A stretch of DNA of 64,000 nucleotides from Pyrinomonadaceae bacterium. GTDB lineage: Bacteria; Acidobacteriota; Blastocatellia; Pyrinomonadales; Pyrinomonadaceae. Below, piece after piece: positions 37,480 to 46,570 of the stretch (positions within the stretch are counted from its first letter, which is position 1; every line of letters starts with the position of its first letter). Location of the stretch: positions 70,249 through 134,248 of the forward strand of contig DASSFI010000080.1 in the NCBI GenBank assembly GCA_035694465.1, in the 5' to 3' direction. The notes beneath the pieces are model-generated. The model was given only the letters and a program-made list of their open reading frames with translations. It ran no database searches and had not been told where the DNA came from. Position numbers and translations under genes: made by a program.

Positions 37480-37783
37480 GCATAAACTACCCAGTATTGA
37501 GGTGGACCAACTCGCGTTTGCGGGGAAGTAAAAGTGCGTCTACATCACACTAAAACTCTTGTATGGATTTGGAAAATTAGATTTTCGGCTAATGCGTTGC
37601 GACGCTCCTTTGAGCCAGATATAAAGCCGTAGCCTCACACAACCGCCCGCAGTGTGGGGCTCGGGGCGTCGCTGTCTTAGGTGAGGGGCAAAGTGACGCC
37701 CCACAGACTACAACTCAAATGCTGAAGTGAAATGCTTCGAATCTTATTCCTTGTCTTCTCCCTCCGTCAAAGTGATAATCACC

Positions 37784-37850
37784 GATAATCCTGACAGTTG
37801 AAAGAGAAACATGAAGGCAAAACTCGACGCAATCATACAAGCGGACCAGG
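37784..37850 (+). repeat. Right copy of 67-bp direct repeat
   Basis: Contains a relic of the NtrC-type gene's last 6 codons plus stop, and the live ATG and first 13 codons of the methyltransferase. Confidence 0.85.
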
Positions 37851-38452
37851 CTGAGTACCTGGACCAACTACTTACGCAAAAAGATCCGTTGCTCGCTGAG
37901 ATGGAAGCTTACGCCGCCGAGCATCGCGTGCCGATCGCCGATCGTGAAGTCGCTCGCTTCATAGAAATCACGGCGCGGCTATCCGGTGCGCGGAAGGCTT
38001 TGGAGATCGGGATGGCGATCGGTTACTCGGTGGTCCATCTGGCGCGCGGCATGGGCGAGCAGGGAAGAGTGGTGACGATCGAGCCGAGTGACGAGATGAT
38101 CAATGCATCGACGGGTTATCTGAAGCGCGCGGGGTTGTTTGATCGGGTCGAAATCAAGCGAGGCAAAGCGTTGGAGGTGATGCCGAGCCTCGCTGAGACT
38201 TTCGATCTGCTTTTTATCGATGCTGTTAAAGAAGAGTATTCGCAGTATCTCGATCTCGGTTTGCCGCGATTGCGCACGGGCGGTGTTGTGATCGTCGACA
38301 ATCTGCTTTGGGGCGGACGAGTCGCGAGTGGTGATACCGAGAGTTCGACAGTCGCCCTCCGAGAATTCAATCCTTACTTCATCAATCATCCGCAATTACT
38401 CGCCGAAGTATTGCCCGTTGGTGATGGGCTTGGGTATGCAGTGAAGGCTTGA
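37811..38452 (+). CDS. Class I SAM-dependent O-methyltransferase (family 3, caffeoyl-CoA OMT/YrrM-like)
   Basis: SAM-binding motif ALEIGMAIGYS and FIDAVKEEY, VIVDNLLWGG typical of this family. Confidence 0.8.
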   Translation: MKAKLDAIIQADQAEYLDQLLTQKDPLLAEMEAYAAEHRVPIADREVARFIEITARLSGARKALEIGMAIGYSVVHLARGMGEQGRVVTIEPSDEMINASTGYLKRAGLFDRVEIKRGKALEVMPSLAETFDLLFIDAVKEEYSQYLDLGLPRLRTGGVVIVDNLLWGGRVASGDTESSTVALREFNPYFINHPQLLAEVLPVGDGLGYAVKA

Positions 38453-38469
38453 TGTCACGCAGTCGGTTT

Positions 38470-38540
38470 CACAGGATGAACAGGATTTCAGGATTGACAG
38501 GATAAATCTTGTAAATCCTGTTACATCCTGTAATCCTGTG
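38470..38540. repeat. Family C repeat cluster: four forward CAGGAT units, aaatcttgt, three inverted ATCCTG units
   Basis: cacaggatgaacaggatttcaggattgacaggat aaatcttgt aaatcctgttacatcctgtaatcctgtg. Confidence 0.8.
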
Positions 38541-38673
38541 AAGCAAACCTTCCACTAAAATCTTGATTAAAGTTTCTTGCGCGTGCTAACTTCCACTCGT
38601 CTCTTCATTTGCGGGTTTCCTCTTGACTCGCGCTGAACTAAAGCGATCGGCATGGGGTTATTGGAGGTGCCTG

Positions 38674-40650
38674 ATGTGGAGTTGCAAGTTTAGACAGATT
38701 CTCGGACTCATCTTGCTGGCGTCGCTGGCATGCGTCAACTACTCATGCACTGTCGCTGCAAGCAACGAAGAATTTTTCGGCAGCACCACTCCACCACAGC
38801 GAAACATTTTCCGATATGTAACCGGCGACGAACCGGAATCGCTCGATCCGGCGATCAGTAACGGCCAACCTGAAGCGCGTCTGTACATGGCGCTCTTTGA
38901 AGGACTCGTCGAATACAATCCGAAAACACTGGAACCCGAACCCGCTCTCGCCGAACGCTGGCACATAAACAACGACTCATCCGAGTACACTTTTCATCTG
39001 CGCACTACCGGTCGCTGGTCCAACGGCGAACCGATCGACGCAAACGACTTTGTTTATACGTTTCGCCGCAATCTATCGAAGTCGACAGCTTCCCGCAACG
39101 CTTACCTGATGGCGTACATCAAGTACGCTCAGGCCTACAATCAGCAACGCGTTTTCGTCCGCGATCCGAAAACCGGTGAATTTCTGCTGGCCAAAGATTT
39201 CGAACAGGATTTCCCACCTGAGCCGCTCAGCATCAGTCCTATTGATCCGGCGAAGAGCGAGTATCAACCCGATCCAAAAGATATAACGCCCGATCCGGAT
39301 TCTGCTTTTCATCACCAGATGCACACCGCGACGAGACTGACGCTTCCCGGCGACGAGAAGTCGCGAAACAAGCGTCTCGATGCAAATCCAAAGCTGAAGG
39401 CTGCGATAGCGGGCAAAGAATTCGTGCCGGTGAAAGCAGAGGATATCGGCGTAGAGGCGCCTGACAAATACACTGTTCGCATCTCGCTGGTTCAACCAGC
39501 GCCGTTTTTCCTCGGGTTGTTGGCACACCAGGTTTTCCGCGTTGTGCCGCGTAAAACGGTCGAGGAGTTTGGTAATAAGTGGGCACTCGCGGAACACATC
39601 GTTAGTTGTGGACCATTCAAGGTCAAGGTGTGGAAACCATATGACCAGTTGGTACTCGAGCGCGATCCGATGTACTGGGACGCTGCGCACGTCGGATTGG
39701 ACGAACTCTACTTCTATCCAGTCATCGACAATTCAACGGTCATGAACATGTACAAGGTGGGCGAACTTGACGCGATTTATAACCACGCCGTGCCGAATGC
39801 GTGGCTGCACATCATGAGTTCCAAAAAGGACTATATGAATCGTGCGGAGGCAGCCATCGAGTATTTGATCATCAACACTACGAAGCCTCCATTAGACAAT
39901 CCCAAGGTTAGAAGAGCATTCAACGCGGCAATCGACAAGAATGCCTATGCCGAGTGGCGACGGATCGTGAAGCCGTTAACCGCATTTACTCCAGAGGGAA
40001 TGTTCCCGGGCTATGAACAACCGAAAGGCGAGGCATTCAATCCGGCAGAAGCTCGGAAGTTACTTGGTGAAGCCGGTTATCCGGTTACCCAAAACTCCGA
40101 TGGCAGTTTCAGTTGTCCCTCGTTCCCGGTGGACCAGGTTGAGTTTATCTACAACAGCCAGCAGGCAAACAAGGCAGTGGTGGAATGGATGCAGGCCCAG
40201 TGGAAACAGAACCTCGGCATCACTGTAAGCTTGCGAAATATGGAGTGGAAAACTTTTCTCGAGGCCAAAGAAAAACTCGACTTCAAAGGCTTCGCTCGTG
40301 GCTCGTGGGGCGCCGATTACATGGACCCGTTTACCTTTCTGAGCCTCTTCTACACCGGTGGTGAGAGTGGCACTGGCTGGCAAGATCCAAAATATATCGC
40401 GATGGTAGATGAAGCGAATCGCACCCTTGACCCGAAACAGCGATACCAGTTGCTCGCAAAGGCTGAAGAGTACTTGATCGAGAACCAGCCGATTATTCCG
40501 ATTGACTCGCCTTCGGTGAATTGGATGAAGAAGCCTTACGTGAAAGGTATGTATCCGAATCCCGGCTCTTTGTATCCGTGGAAGTATGTTTATATCGAAC
40601 GCGATCGAGCCAAGTGGGATTACGGCACCCCGAGTTTGGACGCAGAATAA
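38674..40650 (+). CDS. ABC transporter substrate-binding protein, family 5 (peptide/nickel type)
   Basis: GGAGG 6 nt before the ATG at 38674. Signal sequence and SBP_bac_5-like core (LAERW, VLERDPMYWD). Long, with a Pro/Asp-rich insert. Confidence 0.8.
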   Translation: MWSCKFRQILGLILLASLACVNYSCTVAASNEEFFGSTTPPQRNIFRYVTGDEPESLDPAISNGQPEARLYMALFEGLVEYNPKTLEPEPALAERWHINNDSSEYTFHLRTTGRWSNGEPIDANDFVYTFRRNLSKSTASRNAYLMAYIKYAQAYNQQRVFVRDPKTGEFLLAKDFEQDFPPEPLSISPIDPAKSEYQPDPKDITPDPDSAFHHQMHTATRLTLPGDEKSRNKRLDANPKLKAAIAGKEFVPVKAEDIGVEAPDKYTVRISLVQPAPFFLGLLAHQVFRVVPRKTVEEFGNKWALAEHIVSCGPFKVKVWKPYDQLVLERDPMYWDAAHVGLDELYFYPVIDNSTVMNMYKVGELDAIYNHAVPNAWLHIMSSKKDYMNRAEAAIEYLIINTTKPPLDNPKVRRAFNAAIDKNAYAEWRRIVKPLTAFTPEGMFPGYEQPKGEAFNPAEARKLLGEAGYPVTQNSDGSFSCPSFPVDQVEFIYNSQQANKAVVEWMQAQWKQNLGITVSLRNMEWKTFLEAKEKLDFKGFARGSWGADYMDPFTFLSLFYTGGESGTGWQDPKYIAMVDEANRTLDPKQRYQLLAKAEEYLIENQPIIPIDSPSVNWMKKPYVKGMYPNPGSLYPWKYVYIERDRAKWDYGTPSLDAE

Positions 40651-40679
40651 GCAAGGTAAACACGATCTCCCTTTAACGA

Positions 40680-41606
40680 ATGCTCCGGTTCATTGTCAGA
40701 CGTCTTCTCATAACGATCCCCACGATCCTCGTCGTGATCTCAATCACGTGGGCCCTGATAAAACTCGCTCCCGGAAATTTCTACTCCGGCGAGAAACCAC
40801 TTCCTCCAGCCATCGAGAAAAACATTCGCGAGAAATACGGGCTCGATAAACCGTGGTATCAGCAATACGGGAAGACGATGTGGGGGATTGTTGGTCATCT
40901 CGACTTCGGCACGTCGCTCAAGTACCAGGGCCAGTCGGTCAACACGATCATCAAGCGTTCGTTGCCCGTTTCCGCCGCGGTTGGCATTCTTGCGTATCTG
41001 CTGGCGCTGATCGTGGGTGTGACCGCGGGTTCGATTGCGGCACTCAAACAAAACACGAAGTGGGATTACTCGTCGATGGCTTTGGCCATGCTGGGTATTT
41101 CGATACCCAACTTCGTTCTTGGTCCAATATTGGTGTTGGTGTTTTCGCTAACTCTTTACTGGCTGCCGCCTTCGCGTTGGGAGGGATTCCCGAGTCGAAA
41201 CCTGGTGCTGCCGGTGCTAACGCTTTCGGCGCTCTACATGGCTTACATTGCGCGACTGACGCGCGCGGGCATGCTCGAAGTGCTGCGATCGGATTACATC
41301 CGCACGGCGCGAGCAAAAGGATTGAGTGAGCGCGATGTGCTTATTCGTCATGCGCTGCGTGGCGGGTTGATGCCCGTAGTTTCATACACCGGACCGGCGC
41401 TGGCGTTTTTGTTAACAGGAACGGTCGTGGTTGAAAGAATCTTCGCGTTGCCGGGGCTGGGAAACTATTTTATTCAGGCATCACTCAATCGCGACGAGCC
41501 GCTGATCATCGGCATCGTCGCGTTCATTGCGATCACGTTGTTGTTGATGAATTTGCTGGTCGATATCGCCTACGCGTATCTCGATCCGCGCGTGCGATAT
41601 CAATAA
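40680..41606 (+). CDS. Opp/Dpp-type ABC permease (OppB/DppB-like)
   Basis: N-terminus MLRFIVRRLL, 6 TM helices, YIRTARAKGLSERDV loop motif. Confidence 0.85.
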   Translation: MLRFIVRRLLITIPTILVVISITWALIKLAPGNFYSGEKPLPPAIEKNIREKYGLDKPWYQQYGKTMWGIVGHLDFGTSLKYQGQSVNTIIKRSLPVSAAVGILAYLLALIVGVTAGSIAALKQNTKWDYSSMALAMLGISIPNFVLGPILVLVFSLTLYWLPPSRWEGFPSRNLVLPVLTLSALYMAYIARLTRAGMLEVLRSDYIRTARAKGLSERDVLIRHALRGGLMPVVSYTGPALAFLLTGTVVVERIFALPGLGNYFIQASLNRDEPLIIGIVAFIAITLLLMNLLVDIAYAYLDPRVRYQ

Positions 41607-41619
41607 CCTCAATTTGACG

Positions 41620-42636
41620 ATGGCGACTGAGAAGAATCCAGATCACGAAGACCTGGTCCACATCGGACCGGAAAACGCAGTGGCGGAAGCCGACGTGCAT
41701 CCGGACGAAGCGGGAACGTTTGTGCGCGGCACCTCATTGTGGCGTGACGCCTGGCGCCGTCTTTTGAAAAACAAACTTGCAGTGGTTGGCCTGGTTGTAG
41801 TGATAGTTGTGACGATCGCTTCAATCATTGGTCCAACCGCGATCAAAGCCATCTTTGGTTTTACTCCTGACTTTATTCCGACAGGAGACGTCAACGCTAC
41901 ACGTTCGCTTCCTCCGTTTACCGGCCCAAACGGTCAATTCACCTGGACGCATCCGATGGGAACTGACAATGCCGGTCGCGATCAGTTCGCGCGCGTGCTT
42001 CAGGGTGGGCAGATCTCGCTGTTCGTGGGAATTCTCTCGACACTCGTCTCACTCTTGATCGGCGTCACTTACGGCGCAGTGGCGGGTTATCTTGGCGGAC
42101 GGCTCGACAACGTGATGATGCGAATCGTCGACGTGCTCTATTCGCTGCCTTACGTGATCGTCGTCATCGTCTTGCTATCCATGTTTCGCAGCCAGACACC
42201 GCGAGGACAGTTAATCCTGCTGTTCATCGCGCTGGGTTCCGTCTCCTGGTTAACGATGGCGCGGATCGTTCGCGGCCAGGTGCTGTCGTTGAAGAACCAG
42301 GAATTTGTACTCGCCGCACGCGCCACCGGAGTTTCGACGCCGCGAATTATTTTTCGACACTTGATTCCCAACACACTGGGTCCCGTGATCGTTTACGCAA
42401 CGCTGACGATTCCACAGATCATGTTGACCGAAGCGTTTCTCTCGTTTCTCGGATTCGGAGTCCAGGCGCCAATCGCTTCGTGGGGCAGTCTCGCCGCAGA
42501 CGGAATTCAGAATATCGCCATCTTTCCGTGGCAACTGGTTTTTCCCGGAGTGACGATGGCGCTGACACTCTTTTCACTCAACTTCCTCGGCGATGGTTTG
42601 CGCGACGCCCTGGATCCGCAGATGAGAACTGTATAG
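41620..42636 (+). CDS. Opp/Dpp-type ABC permease (OppC/DppC-like)
   Basis: OppC-type N-terminal region and the loop motif EFVLAARATGVSTPRIIFRHLIPN. Confidence 0.85.
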   Translation: MATEKNPDHEDLVHIGPENAVAEADVHPDEAGTFVRGTSLWRDAWRRLLKNKLAVVGLVVVIVVTIASIIGPTAIKAIFGFTPDFIPTGDVNATRSLPPFTGPNGQFTWTHPMGTDNAGRDQFARVLQGGQISLFVGILSTLVSLLIGVTYGAVAGYLGGRLDNVMMRIVDVLYSLPYVIVVIVLLSMFRSQTPRGQLILLFIALGSVSWLTMARIVRGQVLSLKNQEFVLAARATGVSTPRIIFRHLIPNTLGPVIVYATLTIPQIMLTEAFLSFLGFGVQAPIASWGSLAADGIQNIAIFPWQLVFPGVTMALTLFSLNFLGDGLRDALDPQMRTV

Positions 42637-42642
42637 ACCTCT

Positions 42643-43650
42643 ATGAGCTCAGACGGCAATCTTCTCGAAGTAAAAAATCTGCGCACGTACTTCGAAACAG
42701 ACGATGGTCTCGTCAAAGCCGTTGACGGTATTTCGTTTCAACTCAAGCGCGGCGAGACGCTCGGAATCGTCGGCGAGTCAGGCTCGGGAAAGTCAGTCAC
42801 CAATCTCTCGATCATTCGTCTCATCCCCGAACCGCCGGGCAAAATCGCAGGTGGCGAAGTGATCTTCAACGGCACTGATCTTCTGCTTTTGCCGAATGAT
42901 GCAATCCGCAAGATCAGAGGACGTCGTATCGCGATGATCTTTCAGGATCCGATGACGTCACTCAATCCGTACATGAAGATCTCCAGACAGTTGATGGAGA
43001 TGACGGAGTTGCATCTCGGCCACACAAAAGCACAAGCCCGCACTCACGCTATTCGGATGCTGGAAACAGTCGGCATTCCCGATGCTCAGGCACGCGCCGA
43101 CAGTTATCCGCACGAATTCTCCGGCGGTATGCGACAGCGCGTGATGATTGCGATGGCACTCTCGTGCGAACCGGAGCTACTGATTGCCGACGAGCCAACG
43201 ACGGCGCTCGACGTTACCATTCAGGCACAGATTCTCGAGCTCATCAAAAAGCTGAAACGCGAAACCGGCACGAGCGTGATTCTGATAACTCACGATCTCG
43301 GCGTGGTGGCGGGAATGACGGACCACGTCATCGTGATGTACGCCGGAAAGATCTTCGAGCAGGCACGCACAAACGAGTTGTTTGCACGACCGGGAAATCC
43401 GTACACGAAAGGTTTGCTTCGCTCAGTGCCCGATCCGACGGACGAACAAGGCAAGCTCTACCAGATTCCGGGTCTGCCGCCAGACGTCGCCCATCTCAAA
43501 CCCGGTTGTCCGTTTGCACCGCGTTGCGATCGCGTCCAGGACGTTTGCAAACGAGAGTTTCCACCGTTTGTCCAGCTCAACGCCGATCACTATTCGCTCT
43601 GTCATTTTGCGCAGGAAGTTTACAGCGAGTCAGGTGGTACACCCGCATGA
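42643..43650 (+). CDS. Opp/Dpp-type ABC ATPase (OppD/DppD-like)
   Basis: [16 protein letters not shown] and [12 protein letters not shown], plus the C-terminal oligopeptide-transporter extension with Cys residues. Confidence 0.9.
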   Translation: MSSDGNLLEVKNLRTYFETDDGLVKAVDGISFQLKRGETLGIVGESGSGKSVTNLSIIRLIPEPPGKIAGGEVIFNGTDLLLLPNDAIRKIRGRRIAMIFQDPMTSLNPYMKISRQLMEMTELHLGHTKAQARTHAIRMLETVGIPDAQARADSYPHEFSGGMRQRVMIAMALSCEPELLIADEPTTALDVTIQAQILELIKKLKRETGTSVILITHDLGVVAGMTDHVIVMYAGKIFEQARTNELFARPGNPYTKGLLRSVPDPTDEQGKLYQIPGLPPDVAHLKPGCPFAPRCDRVQDVCKREFPPFVQLNADHYSLCHFAQEVYSESGGTPA

Positions 43651-44696
43651 GCGCGCTCCTGTCGATCAAAGATCTGAAAGTGCATTTTGATCTGGGCGGT
43701 GGTGGACCACTAGACAAGTTGTTCAATGCCAACTCGGTCAAACGTGTGGTGAAGGCCGTTGACGGAGTTTCGCTCGATATTCTTGAAAAAGAAACTCTCG
43801 GACTCGTCGGTGAATCGGGTTGTGGGAAGTCGACTTTGGGCCGCGCTATCTTGCGTCTCACTGAACCGACCGCAGGCCAGGTGCTTTATCGCGACCGCGA
43901 TCTCGCACACTTGTCGCAAAGACAGTTACGCGAACACCGCCGTCATCTTCAGATCATCTTTCAGGATCCTTATGCGTCGCTCAATCCGCGCATGACAGTC
44001 GGTCAGATTGTTGGCGAACCGCTTCAGACTTATGGGCTGGCGCGTGGAAGAGAAGCTGAGCAACGCGTACAGGAATTACTCGAGACAGTTGGTCTGAGTA
44101 AACGATTTATCAAACGATACCCGCACGAGTTTTCGGGGGGTCAACGACAACGCATCGGCATCGCGCGAGCACTCGCAGTCGATCCTGACTTCATCGTTGC
44201 CGACGAACCGATTTCAGCATTGGACGTCTCCATCCAGGCTCAGATCATGAACCTGCTCGAGAAACTGCGTCGAGAAAAGAACCTCACGTATCTTTTCATC
44301 TCACACGATCTGCGCGCCATCAGACACGTTTCAGATCGCGTCGCGGTGATGTATCTCGGCAAGCTCGTCGAAATCGCTGATGCCAAAACGATTTACGATG
44401 AGCCGTTGATGCCTTACACCAAAGCGCTCATTTCGGCGGTACCCGTTCCCGATCCTCAGGTAGAAGCGTCCAGACAGCGTATAATGCTGGAGGGCGACGT
44501 GCCTTCGCCGATCAATCCTCCGTCCGGTTGCCGGTTTCACACACGATGCCCCTACGCGATCGACGCATGCAAGGAGGTGGTTCCTCAGTTAGTTGAGATC
44601 AAGCCCGCGCATTTTGCAGCTTGTATCAGAATCAGCCCGGCGCAGCCTCATATCGAGGGCGTCGCTCCCGGCGCCGCACCCGGATTGCCACAATAA
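43647..44696 (+). CDS. Opp/Dpp-type ABC ATPase (OppF/DppF-like)
   Basis: The ATG at 43647 overlaps the previous TGA (ATGA). [29 protein letters not shown]. The 161-codon upstream extension in the track is Arg-rich and looks non-coding. Confidence 0.9.
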   Translation: MSALLSIKDLKVHFDLGGGGPLDKLFNANSVKRVVKAVDGVSLDILEKETLGLVGESGCGKSTLGRAILRLTEPTAGQVLYRDRDLAHLSQRQLREHRRHLQIIFQDPYASLNPRMTVGQIVGEPLQTYGLARGREAEQRVQELLETVGLSKRFIKRYPHEFSGGQRQRIGIARALAVDPDFIVADEPISALDVSIQAQIMNLLEKLRREKNLTYLFISHDLRAIRHVSDRVAVMYLGKLVEIADAKTIYDEPLMPYTKALISAVPVPDPQVEASRQRIMLEGDVPSPINPPSGCRFHTRCPYAIDACKEVVPQLVEIKPAHFAACIRISPAQPHIEGVAPGAAPGLPQ

Positions 44697-44715
44697 AGCA
44701 CAAAGTCACAAAGAA

Positions 44716-44732
44716 ATCTGTGTAATCTGTGG
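44716..44732. repeat. Family A single arm preceded by Family B-like units
   Basis: cacaataaagcacaaagtcacaaagaa, then atctgtgtaatctgtgg, directly after the oppF-like stop. Confidence 0.65.
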
Positions 44733-44861
44733 TTTGAAAGCCTCCGGTTATTAATCGTTTAGCACTAGAGTGAACTCCCTCGTGTGCGGATGAAGGTAGT
44801 GCAGATTCCCGTGGCATTCCCATAAGTTGTTTCATGCCACGCACTTGAAGCCCAGACACGC

Positions 44862-46553
44862 ATGGTTAATAACTCCCCCATTGCCCTGAGACCTCAGGAA
44901 CATCGCGAAGACGCCCCGCCTTCCTGGCCAGAAGTTCAGGATTCGCTGGCGGAGTCTTCGGCGCTGGCCTTGTTACTTGTTGACGGACACCAGCCTCCGG
45001 CGGTGGTGGTGTCGAACAACAACTCGATCTGCCAGACCTTTCAGAGTTCCCCTGAACATGCAGGGCTATGCGACCCGTATTGCGGGGCCGCTCATGCAAG
45101 AGCCGTCAAAGCCGGCGAAGTGGTCGAGTACAGGTGTCACGCCGGACTTTCGTGTTTCGCGAAGCCGGTGCAACTGGCGGGCAAGCGGAGTTTGGCGGTT
45201 ATCGGCGGCCGCGCTTTTGTGAAGAGTTCGGATTATCAGAACTTGATGGAACGGTTTCGGACTGGTGATTTACAAGAACTGGCTAAGGAGAATGTGTTTG
45301 GAAACATTCTTTTCTCCGAACCACAACGGCTGGGGGAATTGGCGGAACGAGTCGATCGAGCCGCGCACCGGCTAAAGAGTGCGTCGTCGAATGGAACCGG
45401 TTTGAATCAGGCGCCGCCGAGTGAACCGAGTAAGTTGCCGGTGAAAGCATTGCCAGAGCCGGTTGTTAAGGATGAGTCACACCAGGATCTCGAACTTGAA
45501 GTGCAACGCTTGCGACGTGAGTTGGAGCATCGCTCGCGGTTTTCCGATTCATTACAGCATTTTCTCGAGCGCATAAGCTGCGCCGATCCGGTTAAGACTT
45601 ACAACTCGATCATTGCGAGTTCAAAGGAACTGCTGCAATCGGAACGCGCTTCGTTGATGGTGTGGAATGAAACTGAAAACAAGCTCGTGCTTAAAGCGGC
45701 GGCAGGATTGTCGACGACGCCGGAGTCGATTTCACCGGTACGCGTAGGCGAAGGGATTTCGGGAGAAGTGATCGATACGGGCAAAGCGGTAATGGTCAAG
45801 GATCTGCGCATGGCAGGCCGTACACCGGCGCCTGCTGAGCGCAAGTACAAGACAAACTCATTTATCAGTTATCCGATCATCATAGGCGGCCGCAAGGTTG
45901 GCGTATTGAACGTGACAGACAAGTCAGGCGGTGGCAGTTACGACGAAGTCGATCTCTCGTTGCTTGAAATTATTGGACCACAAGTCGCACTTGCACTCGA
46001 GCGTGCCGAATGGCAGGAACGTGCGACTGAGTTTCAACTCATGTCGATCACTGATTCGCTGACTGCGCTGCCGAATCGTCGTTATCTCGAAGAGCGTCTG
46101 GCAGAAGAACTCAATCGATCGAGGCGTTACGACTACCCGATGAGCTTTCTGATGATCGATATCGACGACTTCAAGGCCTACAACGATAAGAATGGGCATC
46201 AGGCAGGCGATCTCGCATTACAGATTGCGGCGCACTGTTTGAAAGGCGCGTTGCGCGCCGTTGACGTGGCGTCGCGGTATGGTGGCGAAGAGTTCTGCAT
46301 TCTGCTGCCGCAAACGGGAATAACTGAAGCCGGCGCGATCGCGGATCGCATCAGGCATCGCGTTTCGACGACGCATTTTCCACACGGAAAATCGCAGCCG
46401 CTCGGAAGAGTGACGATCAGTGTTGGGGTGTCGACGTTTATGAAGAATGTCGATTCGCCTGAAAACATCATCGCCGCTGCTGACCGGGCGCTGTATCAGG
46501 CGAAGAGCATGGGGAAAGATCGGGTTGAGTTTTACGGAGAAGGATCTGCGTAA
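44862..46553 (+). CDS. Diguanylate cyclase with PocR-like sensor, coiled coil, GAF and GGDEF domains
   Basis: N-terminal Cys-rich region with YRCHAGLSCFAKPV (PocR signature), a GAF region, and a GGDEF domain with canonical GGEEF and RAVD I-site. Confidence 0.85.
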   Translation: MVNNSPIALRPQEHREDAPPSWPEVQDSLAESSALALLLVDGHQPPAVVVSNNNSICQTFQSSPEHAGLCDPYCGAAHARAVKAGEVVEYRCHAGLSCFAKPVQLAGKRSLAVIGGRAFVKSSDYQNLMERFRTGDLQELAKENVFGNILFSEPQRLGELAERVDRAAHRLKSASSNGTGLNQAPPSEPSKLPVKALPEPVVKDESHQDLELEVQRLRRELEHRSRFSDSLQHFLERISCADPVKTYNSIIASSKELLQSERASLMVWNETENKLVLKAAAGLSTTPESISPVRVGEGISGEVIDTGKAVMVKDLRMAGRTPAPAERKYKTNSFISYPIIIGGRKVGVLNVTDKSGGGSYDEVDLSLLEIIGPQVALALERAEWQERATEFQLMSITDSLTALPNRRYLEERLAEELNRSRRYDYPMSFLMIDIDDFKAYNDKNGHQAGDLALQIAAHCLKGALRAVDVASRYGGEEFCILLPQTGITEAGAIADRIRHRVSTTHFPHGKSQPLGRVTISVGVSTFMKNVDSPENIIAAADRALYQAKSMGKDRVEFYGEGSA

Positions 46554-46562
46554 TCTGTGGAT
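46544..46562. repeat. Family A single arm spanning the GGDEF gene stop
   Basis: atctgcgtaatctgtggat. The intergenic gap to the next ATG is only 17 nt. Confidence 0.7.
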
Positions 46563-46570
46563 GGATTTAG

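Larger units (their letters stand above)
35798..37783. mobile_element. Putative ~2-kb inserted islet bounded by the 67-bp direct repeats
   Basis: Carries the TPR-HTH gene, the 59-aa ORF and about 300 bp of non-coding DNA. Appears AT-richer by eye. No integrase or transposase is present. Confidence 0.35.

Noticed and set aside
35798-37783. Insert as an IS element or transposon
   Set aside because: No transposase or integrase ORF and no terminal inverted repeats. The 67-bp duplication is far longer than a transposition target-site duplication. It is kept only as an unclassified islet.
43164-43646. 161-codon N-terminal extension of the oppF-like ORF
   Set aside because: The extension overlaps the oppD-like gene in another frame and is Arg-rich nonsense. 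The ATG at 43647 forms a classic ATGA coupling, and the protein then begins like other OppF proteins.
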